NCBI GenBank assembly: GCA_965112735.1
Contig: OZ218955.1
Location: 1,860,001-1,924,000, forward strand
Reading direction: 5' to 3'
Length of the DNA stretch: 64,000 nt
DNA from: Phaeosaccion multiseriatum
Taxonomy: Eukaryota; Protista; Ochrophyta, other classes
Program-made: the position numbers and the translations under genes
Part shown: one piece after another, positions 1 to 11,361 of the stretch
Numbering within the stretch: position 1 is the stretch's first letter
Layout: each line of letters starts with the position of its first letter
The notes under the pieces: generated by a model
Seen by the model: only the letters and a program-made list of their open reading frames with translations
Told to the model about the DNA's origin: nothing
Database searches by the model: none

Positions 1-197
1 CGGATAACGCCCTCTGGCGGCGTCCCTTCTCTGTAGATTGCCTGCTGCTGTACCACCAACTACTGCTCCTGCTCCTGCTGCTGTCGTTGTTGCTGCCACT
101 GCCACTGCTACTGCTCTGCTGTTATTGCTTCTCCTCTTTCTTGTCGTCGCCTCCCCCTACTCGTCTTCGGTCTTGTCTCTCCCCTCCTCCCTAATAG

Positions 198-3173
198 ACG
201 CAATGCTTGCCCAGATGGCCGAGCGTGTAGGCGTGTGGCTGGCCAGCAAGATGAACATGACGGCGCACAGAGAGTTCGCGCAGCTCCTCGTCACGTGGGT
301 CAGTCTCGATGCCTTCATCGTGCTCTCCGGGGCCCTGCTCACGGGCTATGTCGGTATCACCGGCCTCATTCGACGCATGGCCTCAGGTTAGTTGCTTCGC
401 TGGGAGGAAAAAAGGGTGGACTGGGCACAGGCAAGAGAGAACGATAAGGTTAAACCAAACTTGACAAGCGTTGCCCTCTCCCGTCCGTGCAGACCGCTGC
501 CTTCCACAGTTCCTCTTGGAGACCAACAAATGGCGAGGCACGAATCACAACATCATCTTTGGCTTCTTCTTCCTCGCCACCAGTCAGGTAAGCACTTACT
601 TAGAACAGTACGTAATATCGAATGTAGAAAGAGGGGACTTAGCAGGTCGTAATTAAATATGTCATATTATCTCTCCTGAAAGAAGGAACCTTATCATCCT
701 CCCTCCTTCCCCTCATCTTCCTCCTCTTCCCCCCCCCCCGGCCTGCCCTCCTTACCCCCCTCCTACTCTCCTTCCCCTCCTCCCCTCCTCCTCCCCCCCC
801 TCCCCCCCCTCCCCTCTCCCTCTTCATCCTTCCCCTCCTCACCACCCCCCCCCCCCCCTCCCTCCCCCCTTCTGTAGGTCCTTCTCCTCCGTGGTGACAT
901 TGGGCTCCTCTCCGGCGTGTACACCTTCGCCTTCCTGGGGGTCATGTCCATCTTCAGCGTCGGCTGCCTAGCACTCAAATTCAAGCGCCCCACTCTCCCA
1001 CGCGACATTACCACCTCCTACTTCACCATTGTCTTTGGCGGTACCTGTGTTGCTACCACCTTCCTCGCCAACGTCATTAGCAAGCCCGAGATCCTGTCCT
1101 ATTTCTCCCTCTACTTTATGGCGGTGGGGGCCGTGGTCATTACGGTGTTTCAACGGATCCGCCTGTTCAAGCTGCTGCTGCTTATCCTCAAGCACGTCTT
1201 CCCCACCTGGGACTTTACGTACCTCAAGGAGCACATTTCGGAGATTCAAAATGTGCCGTACATCTTTTTCTGGTGGGTGTGTGTGCGTGCGCGTGCGTGT
1301 GGGTGCGTGTGTGTATATGGGTGTGCGTATGTATGTGTGCGCGTGTGTAGGCGCGTCGTTCTCGACGGCTTTCTCTCATCTCTTCCACCAAGGAGAGGGT
1401 CGAATAGTGTGCTCCACACTCCCCTGTACCTGTCTGCAATCACACGTCCTTGCCCCACACCACCCTTTGCTTGCTACGCTTACCACTTGAGTCACCATCC
1501 TTCGGCCCTTCTCCCGCACCACCCACCCACGCACCCACCGACCCACCGACCACCATCACTTCCCTCCACCACACCACCCTTGTGCGATACCCCCCACGCC
1601 CTTTGCCCCTTTGCCCCTTTGCCCCTTGTCCTTTGCAGTAAATACGACGATCTGTACGTGCTGAACAAGGCCATTCTATACGTCAGAGAGAATGAACAAA
1701 CGCAGGTGAGAGAGAGGGTATCAGAGAGTGTGTGAGAGAGACGGTCAGAGGGTAAGAGAGAGAGAGGGATTCACAGAGAGAGGGAGGGCGAGGAGAGAGT
1801 TAAGATAGAGGAGAGTCAGAGGGTGTGAGAGAGACGGACTCCTAGAGAGAGAGCTAGAGAGAGAAGAGTTAGCGGGTGTGTGTCTGTGTGAGATCGAGAG
1901 AGGGTCAGAGGGTGAGAGAGAGGACTTTGAGTCGGCAAGGTCATTCGCTAACTGCTATGACCGCGCGCTGTGTTTGTGTGTCTTTGTGTTTGAAGAGTGT
2001 GTCTGTGTTCGGGCCTCTCTTTGGGTACTCATTGGCTCTTGTCCACGCCCCCACTTTCTCCTCGCGCGACCCTCCCTCCTTCCCCTTCGCCGATGTATGT
2101 TTGTTGCGCTACTCCTGCCTCCCTCCCTCCCAGCGCCTGCTGGTGGTGCATGTGACTGAGGACCCGGAGACCGCCGTGGTGAAGAGCTTGTCGAAGCACA
2201 TTGAGATGTTCGACACCATCTACCCCAAGATTAAGATCTCACTCCTCACCGTCACAGGGCACTTCGGACCTGCAGTGGTAAGATAAAGGGATAGAAAGAG
2301 AAGTGCCGAGAAAAGGGCAGTGCTGGTTCTGCCTGCCACGCTTCCCTTCTCTACTCATCTCCACAAAGAAGCGAGGCGACAACAGCAAGGCGACAAGGAA
2401 AGCTCCTCGGCTCTTTCGTGTCGTGTCGTGTCTGTTTCTCGCTCCCTTCCCTTATCCCTCCATCCCTCCCTCCTCCCTCCCTCCCTCCATCCCTCCCTCC
2501 CCCTCTCACAGATCCAGTGGTTGCACAACGAATTGGCGGTGGCGAAGAACAAGATGTTCATTACCGCACTGGTGAGGCGTCGATGGCAGCGCATGGCAGA
2601 GTGCTCGTAGCTGCGTTGTCTGGAAGTCACTGAACCCCTTCGCCACCTCCCTCACTCAATCACCTGACTCCCTCACTCACTCAATCACTTAACTCCCTCA
2701 CTCACAGCTCTCTTCTCTCCTCTTTTCTATCCCTGGCTGACTCTTGCTGATGTGTATCTCGCTGCTGTATCACCAACGCGCTCATCTCAGGACAAGGACG
2801 TCAAGTACAAGATCAATACGCTTGACGGTGAGGGCAGAGCAGAGCAGGGCAGTTGGTGATACAGGGCTGGGTATAGCATGTGCACTGACTACACTGCCAG
2901 CACATACGTACGCACGCATATCACTTTGTCGCACGCGACCACACAGCACTCATCGCCCCCAAGTCCTGTGTGGCGCTTTGTGACGCCTTCCGCTTTCTAG
3001 CCTTCTCCCTCATCGCTGTCCGACTCGCCCCTCTCGCACTCGCCCGTCTCACCCTCCCTCCCTCCCTCCGTCTCTCCCTCCCTCCCTCCCTCCCTCCCTC
3101 CCTCCCTCCCTCCCTCCCTCCCTCCCTTCTTGGACCCTTTCATTCCCCAGGGGTGCGTGTCATTACCCATTGA
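198..3173 (+). CDS. APC-superfamily amino acid permease with cytosolic C-terminal domain (5' end upstream of the window; spliced)
   Basis: In-frame GT-AG exons at 198-386, 493-587, 878-1272, 1639-1705, 2134-2277, 2512-2571, 2791-2827 and 3151-3173. Transmembrane segments read VSLDAFIVLSGALLTGYVGITGLIRRMASDRCLPQF and GVYTFAFLGVM. The C-terminus reads LNKAILYVRENE...GHFGPAV...MFI...GGVRVITH*. Confidence 0.88.
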
Positions 3174-3399
3174 TGGGAGGGTAAAGTAGGCGCTCTGTCC
3201 TGCCCTGTGCTGTGCTGTCCGCGTATTTTTGCCAGGAATCACAGTGGACAGTTCGAGGGACCTTGGAAGTGGACACGGCACAGAAGGGCCTGTATAGGTA
3301 AATCCTTCCCTTCGTAGTGGGGCCGCGGAGGAGGAGGAGGAGGAGGAGGAGGAGAAGGAGGAATAGCAACAGAGCGACAAAGAGTGAGGTACGAGGAGG

Positions 3400-3644
3400 T
3401 CGACCCCTGACGTGCTACCTGCTACTGTCGGCTTCGGTCGGCCTACTACCTGCTACCGCGGCATCAGCCGACTTCGACCTGCTACTGGCCGGCCAGCGTG
3501 GGCCGGCCTGTTCGGCTGGCCCCTGACACGCTACCCCCTCCTGGGGTGGTTGCTACCGCCAGCGTCAGACTGCCTGCTACCTGCTACCGGCCGGTGGTCA
3601 ACAGCATGCGACCGAGAGTAGGTCTGTAGCGCGTTAATGGTCGA
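3400..3644. mobile_element. MITE with TCGACC termini and 6-bp TSD AGGAGG
   Basis: Left TIR TCGACCCCTGACGTGCTAC matches the reverse complement of the right end (TCGACCATTAACGCGCTAC) at 15/19. AGGAGG flanks both sides (3394-3399, 3645-3650). Internal CTACCTGCTAC repeats are present. Confidence 0.8.
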
Positions 3645-3989
3645 AGGAGGAGCCGCACGACGGGTAACTGCTTTTTTCCTTGGGCATCTTACGTGGTACG
3701 ATGAAAAATAAAAAAGAGTACTGTAGGGAAAAAAAAAAAAATTAGGTAGCCTGCCATACGAGTAGGTCTTCTCTCGTGCACAGTAGGGACACGAGAGAGA
3801 GAGGAAGGAAGCTTGCAACCAGTCGCCCCGCCCTGCCTGTCACCTCTCCACATCTCCCCTCTTTGGACAGCCTGCTGGCACCCCACCGCGCCGCCAAATG
3901 GTTCTGCTGCAGTACCTTCACGCTTCGCCCCCACCCCCCTCCCTGCAAGCGTTTCAGGGTCTCGACTGGCTAGCGCTGGGTAGCACTCT

Positions 3990-4376
3990 TCAGCCTCATG
4001 CACGCCTAGCGGCCTAGGCCTATTTGGGACATTTGCCCGGCCTAGCGAGGGCCGTAGTAGGCCCTCAGCCTATTTACATACCGCCGCCTAGCTCGGCGGC
4101 CTAGCGGACCCAGAGTGCAAAGACAATGAAGACAAATCTAAGCAAATGTATTGCATGGGATTGGAAGTGAGGAGTAGACTTGGTTCGTGTTGTCTCTTTC
4201 CGCCTCGCTGGCCCTACGAGGAGTGCAGGCCTACAGGTGTGCTGCTACCCACTGGCTGGGCGGCACCACGCACGCGCCAACGGTCACTGGGAGGCTGCCT
4301 AGAGGCGGGCTAGAGGCCGCCTAGGTCTGAAAAGTGAGCGGCCTAGAGCAAAACCGCAAGGCGTGCATGGGGCTGA
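3990..4376. mobile_element. MITE with TCAGCC termini and 6-bp TSD CACTCT
   Basis: TIR TCAGCCTCATGCACGCCT matches the reverse complement of the right end (TCAGCCCCATGCACGCCT) at 17/18. CACTCT flanks both sides (3984-3989, 4377-4382). There are many subterminal GGCCTAG repeats. Confidence 0.85.
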
Positions 4377-4469
4377 CACTCTCTCTCTCTCTCTCTGTGC
4401 AGCCCGTCGCCTCCTTCTCGGACAAGGAATGAACACTTACCTTCCACAACATCGATTCAATGCTGTGCC

Positions 4470-5090
4470 ATTGTTATGCATACCCTGAAACGCTTAGTCT
4501 TCGCAGTGATATGGATAGCCGTTGGCGTGTACCCATTGCTTGATATCCTCAAACGTCTCATTCCTCCCCGCATTCTACTTGCCCTCGTTGAGCAGCACCT
4601 CGGGGCATGAGTACTCGTCCCATCCACACGTGACGCTCTCGGATCGCAGTCACTGCAGCACGACCAGGCTTTTAGCACTCTGTACAGCGAAGTCACAAGC
4701 AGTACTGCCCCAACGGCATAGGTGACAAGCATCTGCGCGTAGCCAGCGCAGTGTCTCCAACTGTCTCCAACTGTCTCCAACTGTCTCCAACTGTCTCCAA
4801 CTGTCTCCAACTGTCTCCCCGTTGCAGCCCACTCAGCGCCCCCCACGCCACTCCATGCCGCCCCGCCACCCCTCCCTGCCTTCCTCTGCCCCTTCCAGCT
4901 CAGCCCTGAACCTGGGGTGACTCAGAAGCATCTCCAGCACGTTGATATGTCCCCTCTCCGCGGGCCATAACCAAACCCTCGCATCGAATGGAGCGTCCAC
5001 CTCATCAGACAGAAGCCACGTGAGCAAGTCCGTCCATGTATCCTTCCCCTGCCGACCAAACGCAAGTCAGCCGACTCCAGGGGCGCGGGA
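4470..5090 (-). pseudogene. Ankyrin-like repeat protein remnant (LxxLxWLRxxxCxW type)
   Basis: Fragments LTWLLSDEVDAPFDARVWLWPAERGHINVLEMLL, LETLRWLRADACHLCRWGSTACDFA, LVVLQ*LRSE (W codon replaced by TGA) and DIKQWVHANGYP. Interrupted by frameshifts and a 10-bp tandem expansion. Confidence 0.65.
4752..4818. repeat. 10-bp tandem repeat (TGTCTCCAAC) x6.7
   Basis: Perfect contiguous copies inside the ankyrin remnant. Confidence 0.95.
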
Positions 5091-5282
5091 ATTTGTCCTG
5101 CCCATCATCGGAGCGGAGCCACTTGAGATAACTCAGGCCGTGCTTGGCATTCTAGGCAGCAGAGAAACACACATCTACGTCCCGTGGACAGCCGAGGTGA
5201 TGGAGGGCCTTCCCGAGGCTGACATCTCCATACTTAGCTGGCGGTGTCCGACGAGCAGCTCGCAGCTGCGAGGCAAAAGGTC

Positions 5283-5399
5283 TTAGTCGGAGGTAACCAC
5301 AAGAGCGCAGACGATAGGATCAAAGTGATAAGACGATCGTCATTTTATGTCTTATCACTGTGATCCTATCGTCTGCGCTCTTGTGGTGCCTCCGACTAA
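5283..5399. repeat. Near-perfect inverted repeat / hairpin (~51-bp arms, 14-nt loop)
   Basis: TTAGTCGGAGG-TAA-CCACAAGAGCGCAGACGATAGGATCA-AAGTGATAAGAC pairs with GTCTTATCACTG-TGATCCTATCGTCTGCGCTCTTGTGG-TG-CCTCCGACTAA. Confidence 0.92.
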
Positions 5400-5713
5400 T
5401 ACTCCTTGCACCAGCCTATCGCCGTAATCATCGTGTCGTCGACATACGTCACCACGTCGCGCTCCTCGTGAGGCAGACTTGGGGTACGTCGGAGCTCCTC
5501 CTCTGATGGCCTCAGGTGCCAAGACTACCATCCCGACCAGCTCCACGATGGGGGGCGAGCCACTCCTCGCCTTCTGCCCCGACCCCGACCCTCGCGCCCG
5601 TGCGGTGGTAGCTGGCCGCCTTGCTGTCCTTGTCCCCTTCCCTCTCTGCCACGCTGAACGAATCTCTGCCCCAGTCATCCGTTCTGAGACCCCATCACCG
5701 CACTCACTCTGTA

Positions 5714-6115
5714 GCTCGCCTTGCTGTGGAAGCTAGAGAAGTGGGCTACGTTGAGGCTCACACCACGGGAACGGTCATGGGCGACACCATCGAGCTGGGC
5801 GCTCTCAAGGCAGCGTTCACCCCCAACAGGCCTGATGCCTCCCCCCTTGTACGAGAGCTCCGGCCGCTTGATCGGGGCGCCCGGTGGGAGGGTGCTGGTG
5901 GCGCCCCCCGGGCGCCCAGGCCTCTGCGTGGGGGTCACCGGCGCCCGTACGCCTGCCGCCGCGATGGCGTCGGCCTCGTGTGCCGGCAGCTTCCTCCACT
6001 CCTTGCTCTCCTCCCCCCCCCGAAGATGTGGTGTCCTTTCCCCACAATGCCCAGGACCTTCAGCATCGTGTCCTACGGAGCCAACGCCTTGGCACGGGGC
6101 GAAGGCTCCTCCGCG
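5714..6115 (+). pseudogene. Type I PKS/FAS ketosynthase C-terminal fragment (degenerate)
   Basis: EVGYVEAHTTGTVMGDTIELGALKAAF resembles the KS motif YVEAHGTGTxxGDPIExxAL. PRTFSIVSYGANA resembles PRRAGVSSFGFGGTNAH. The rest of the domain is missing. Confidence 0.7.
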
Positions 6116-6287
6116 TAAGACGAGCGCTAATCGAGAGTGCCGAAGAGGCCGCTCCTCCGAAGGGCCGCTTCTCCATTCCTCGTCACTCAAACAACATTGA
6201 AACATTTGCCAAACATAAGAATCAGACAACCAACTGCTCGAGAGGGAGGGGAACGCCAAAAGAAGAAAACACGGAAAGATATTTGCT

Positions 6288-9200
6288 ATGAATGGGCCCC
6301 ACCCTGGGCGATTCCTGTCGTCAACCCCCATCCGGCAAGTTGCCTTCTACACCTGGGTGCTGGTGGTGCAGCTGGCGGGCATTGGTATCTTCGGACGCGG
6401 CTTCTTCTTGACCAGAGTTGAGCTTGACGACACCTCTCAATGCCATGTAAGACAAACTGCTGCGATGCTTCAATGCTTCTTGGCATGTGTGAATCAACAG
6501 CCGCCTTCCTCGCTGTCTTTAGGTACCATCCCTGCGCGTAATGAACTCTTCTGTTTAACCCCACCGTACCCACCCTGGACCAATCTCGACTTTTTTTGGC
6601 ACCGTGATAGGTGTCGTCTCTGCTCACGGAAGAAGAAGTTGAGCTGCTGTCCGAGCCTGTCCGCCGTCAAAGACTGTCCGCGACAGCAGCAGCAGCACAA
6701 GGAGGACAAGGAGGACAAGGAGGAGACGGCGATGAGGAGTCCGGAGAGGGCATGGTCGGGTGTTGGCTCCCAAGAAGGTACAGAAGGGCGGTGTGGGTCG
6801 TAATAGACGCTCTCCGAATCGATTTCGCTGTCCACGATAGCAGCCTTGAGCAGCAACAGCAGCAGGAGCAAGAGAAGCAACGGCGGGGAAGACAAGAGCA
6901 GGGTGGTGAAGACAAGGCCGGGGCAGGGTGGATGAGAACGGGGGGGGGGGATGGAGAAGAAAGTGGAGCTGCGTATTACCGCAACAAGCTACCCACAATT
7001 CACGAGGTCCTACGAAGTGATGAGGATGCTTGGGAGGGCGAGGACGGCAAGCACGGCAGGGGTGAGCAGGCCAAGCAGGGCGAGCACAAGGACAAGGACA
7101 AGGACAAGGACAAGGACAAGGGCAAGGGCAAGCACGCGATGCTCATGGAGTTCGAGGCAGACCCGCCCACCGTCACCATGCAGCGCCTCAAGGGACTCAC
7201 CACGGGGTGAGTGTGCACTACGTGAGCGTGCGTAACGGGTTGATGAGAGACTTTTGTTTCTCAAAAACCTTTGCTCCTTCTCCTCCTCCTCCTTCTCCTC
7301 CTCCTCCTCCTCCTCCTCCTCCTCCTCCTCCTCCTCCTCCTCCTCCTCCTCCTCCTCCTCCTCCTCCTCCTCCTCCTCCTCCTCCTCCTCCTCCTCCTCC
7401 TCCTCCTCCTCCTCGTCCTCGTCCTCCTCCTCCTCGTCCTCCTCCTCCTCCTCCTCCTCCTCCTTCTCCTCCTTCTCCTGCTCCTCCTCGTCCTCCTCTT
7501 CTTCTTCTTCTTCCTCCTCCTCCTCCTCCTCCTCCTCCTCCTCCACCTGCTGCACTCTCTCGATGGGACACACACAAGGGGTCTACCAACGTTCATCGAC
7601 TTCCGGCAGAACTTCCACAGCCCTGAGATCAGTGCCGACAACTGGTTGGAGCAGCTCAGAGCCGTCGGCAAGCGCCTTACGTTCATGGGGGACGATACCT
7701 GGGCAAGTCTCTACCCTACGTCCTTCCAGCGTTCCTTCCCGTACCCGTCCTTCAACACAAGGTAAAGGGGTGGGGGGGTGGGGATGAGGGGGTTGGAGTG
7801 GGCCTGCTGATGCCCAAACGGATGCCCGGCTGGATGCCCAACCGGATACCCCCCCCCAATCTGCTGAAGCCCACAAACCCGACGCCCTAAACTGATGCCC
7901 AAACTGATACCCCAAACCTGGTGCCCCAACGTTCCGATGCCCAATCTGGCCGATGCCCAACCCCTTAAACTTGAAGGGACCTGCACACAGTTGACGACGG
8001 CGTGAATCTCCACCTCGAGGAGGAGCTTATGAGGGAGGATTGGGACGTGCTCGTTGCTCACTTCCTAGGAGTGGACCATGTCGGTGGGTCAGGCAATGAG
8101 GCAGTTGGTGATACATGGAGTGAAGCAGTGAGGAGGGGCAGTGAGGGGGCTAGGTTGGCCGTCTGTCTTGGCATGTGCCTGCATCTGCATCTGTCTGTCT
8201 CTCTGCTGCGTTGTCTCAGTCTCTCCAACTGTGTCTCTTTGCTCGCCTGCCTGTCTGCCCGTCTGTCTGCCCGTCTGTCTGCCTGCCTGTCTGCCTGTCT
8301 GCCTGTCTGCCTGTCTGCCTGTCTGCCTGTCTGCCTGTCTGCCTGTCTGCCTGTCTGCCTTCCTGTGCCTGCCTGCCTCTCTCTCTCTCTCTCCCTCTCT
8401 CCCTCTCTCTCCACCCTGCCCCGATTGACAGGTCATACGTTCGGCCCCGGCTCTCCGGCAATGGCCCGCAAGCTCGGCGAGATGGACGAGGCGTTGGCTA
8501 CCATCTTCAGGCTGGCAGGTGGGGTGGGGCACATGGGGCTTGGGGCAAGAGGCAAAGGTCAAGGGAGGGAGGGGCAAAGGGGGAGGAGGGCGAGCGTGGG
8601 TTAGGCGACAAGGGGCATGGAGTCTCCTCTTCGCCATCGAGACTGATTGGTCGCCTGACGTGCTTCTTTTATGACTGTTTCGCGCCATAGGAGATGACAC
8701 CCTGGTCTTAGTCATGGGAGACCACGGAATGACAGAGGTGCGTGTGTGTGTGCGTGCGTGTGTATGTGTGTGCGCCCACGTGCGATGGCGTGTGTGTATG
8801 AGAGAGATTTTTCAGAAGCGTCCTTCCCCCCCTCCCTCCCTCCATCCATCGCTCCCTCCCTCCCTCCGTTCCTCCCTCTCTCTCTCCATCCCTCCCTCCC
8901 TCCCTCCCCCCATCCATCCATCCATCCCCTCTCTCACACTCAATACGCTGAGAGTAGGGCGGCCAGCACGGCGGGGCGTCTCAGGAAGAGACAGGTGCGG
9001 CCCTGCTCGTCTACAGCAAAGGGAGGCCCCTCCTCTCTCCTTTGGAGGAGACACGCGAGGGGTCAGCAGCAGCCTGGCAGAGACGGAAGGTTGCCCAGAT
9101 TGACGTGGTGCCGATGCTGAGCCTGCTCCTCGGCTCAGCGATTCCCTTCGGCAGCCTCGGTCGTGTGGTACCGGAGCTGATGATGACACCTTACCATGGA

Positions 9201-10378
9201 CAGGGGCAGGGGCAGGGGGGCGGGGAGGGGGAGGGAGGGGCCGGGACGGGGGAGAGAGGGGCGGAGACGGCGGCCTATGAGCGACTTTGTGACGCATTGC
9301 TTGTGAACTCTGCCCAGGTGAGTGAGAGAGGGCCGAGGCCGAGAGGGGGCCGAGGCGGGGCAGGGGAGGGGAGGGGAGGGGAGGGGAGGGGAGGGGAGGG
9401 GATGGGCATGGGGATGGGGGATGGGGGTGACCGCTACGGGATGGAATACACGTACATGTAAGTGTGTGTGTGTGTGTTGTTACAACGTGTGAGAGACAAG
9501 TGGTTCTGAGACGAAAAGTTCGTGACACGCTCTCTCCTGCGTTTCTGCGTCGCCCCTCCCCCAACGTCTCAAGGTCCGTCGCTACCTCCAGGCCTACGCC
9601 GAACAGGTCAAGGGAGGGTTACCACACGGTGAGTGAGTGAGTGAATGAGTGAGTGAGTGAGTGAGTGAGTGAGTGAGTGAGTGAGTGGGTGAGTGGGTGA
9701 GTGGTTGAGTGAGTAATCACCAACTGCGGCTACTGTATCGCCATCTGTTGCTGTCGTTTCCCTCTTCCTTTGTGACTGGTCGCCCCTCGTCCCCCTGTGG
9801 CCTGTGCTGTGCCGCAGAGGAGGTACGAACGCTGCTGCTCACTCTTGAGGAGGCCACGCAACAGCATGGAGTCTTTCGCAGGAGGCTACAACAGCAGCAG
9901 CCGCCGTCAGGGTTGGACGAGGAGAAGAACGAACGCGAAGAGCTCGAGATGGGTCGAGCGGTGAGGTGAGAGGAGTAGCCATGGGGGCAGTACCGTGCAG
10001 TGCAGTGCAGTGCAGTGCAGGAGGCAGCGAGGGGACCTTGTCGAATGGCAGTGGATGAGCGTGTACGTGCAGGTGGACGTCCTTCCAAGCTGTGTACCTA
10101 CTCTCCAGAGACACGTAGCTACTTACAAGAAAGAAGAAAAGAAGTGCTCACTCCTACTCCCACTACTCACCCTTACACTCCCATCCGTCCACCCATCCAC
10201 TGCCATCGACCCGTCCGCTGGCACAGCCGGCAGTACGAGCGCTTCCTCCGAGAGAGTCTGGAGATGGGGCGACGACGTTGGACGCAGTACTCCCCGATGC
10301 TCATGTGTGAAGGCCTTGTCGTACTGGGCAGTAGCGTAGTGGCGTTGTTGCTGGTGGCCTTGGCCTATGCAACGGGAG

Positions 10379-10424
<46 letters not shown>

Positions 10425-11044
10425 GGGTGGTGGTAGTAGTAGTAGGGGTGGTGGCAGTAGTAGTGGTAGTAGGAATGGTAGGAATAGTATTTGTAGTAGT
10501 AGGGGTAACAGCAGTAGACGAGGGTTTCTGAGTGGAGGAGGAGGAGGAGGAGGAGGAGGAGGAGGAGGAGAAGGAGGAGGAGGAGGAGGAGGAGGAGGAG
10601 GAGGAGGAGGAGGAGAAGGAGGAGGAGAAGGAGGAGGAGGAGGAGGAGGAGGAGGAGGAGTTGGAGGAGAAGGAGGAGGTGGTGGTGGAGGAGGAGGAGG
10701 AGGAGGAGGAGGAGGAGGAGGAGGAGCAGGAGGAGGAGGAGGAGGAGGAGGAGGGGGGGGGGGGAGGGGTGGGGCTGCTTGTCCGGCGCACTTGGTCTGA
10801 AGGAGGCAGGGGTGGGGGCGGCAGTGGCGGGAGGAGTGGTCCTGGCGATAGGGGTCAAGCGCTCCTTGTTGGAGGAGATGGCAGTGGAGGGCATAGGGAT
10901 GGCACTGGAAGGGCAGGAGTGGGGCTGTGCGGTGTTGACGGGGTTGTGCGTGGGCTCGTGTGTGGGGGTGGGCAGGCGCGCAGCCTGGCAGACAAGGAGA
11001 AGGCTTGGCGAATGGCGACGACGGAGAGCGGCAAGTCGTAGCAC

Positions 11045-11086
<42 letters not shown>

Positions 11087-11289
11087 CTGGTGGCGAGGGC
11101 TACTATACCACCAACTGCTGCTGTTGGTGGTGGTCATGCACTCTGTCTACGTGTTCAGCAACAGCTTCATTGAGGCCGAAGACGGCATGCACGTGTTCCT
11201 CACACCCACTTGCGCCTTTCTGCTGCTCGCACTGGCACTTCTGCCACCGGACCGCCCGCCCCCTGCTCCGAGAGGCAACAGCGACAGCA

Positions 11290-11361
<72 letters not shown>

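Noticed and set aside
4752-4818. CAGTTGGAGACAG tandem as the source of the dispersed 16-bp motif
   Set aside because: The similarity is only partial and is explained by local expansion of the ankyrin 'LET' codons.
5283-5399. Hairpin as a member of the TC..GA MITE group
   Set aside because: The termini differ and there is no target-site duplication.
5621-6118. Functional PKS gene cluster
   Set aside because: Only a partial, mutated KS segment is present, with no catalytic-Cys region, AT or ACP.
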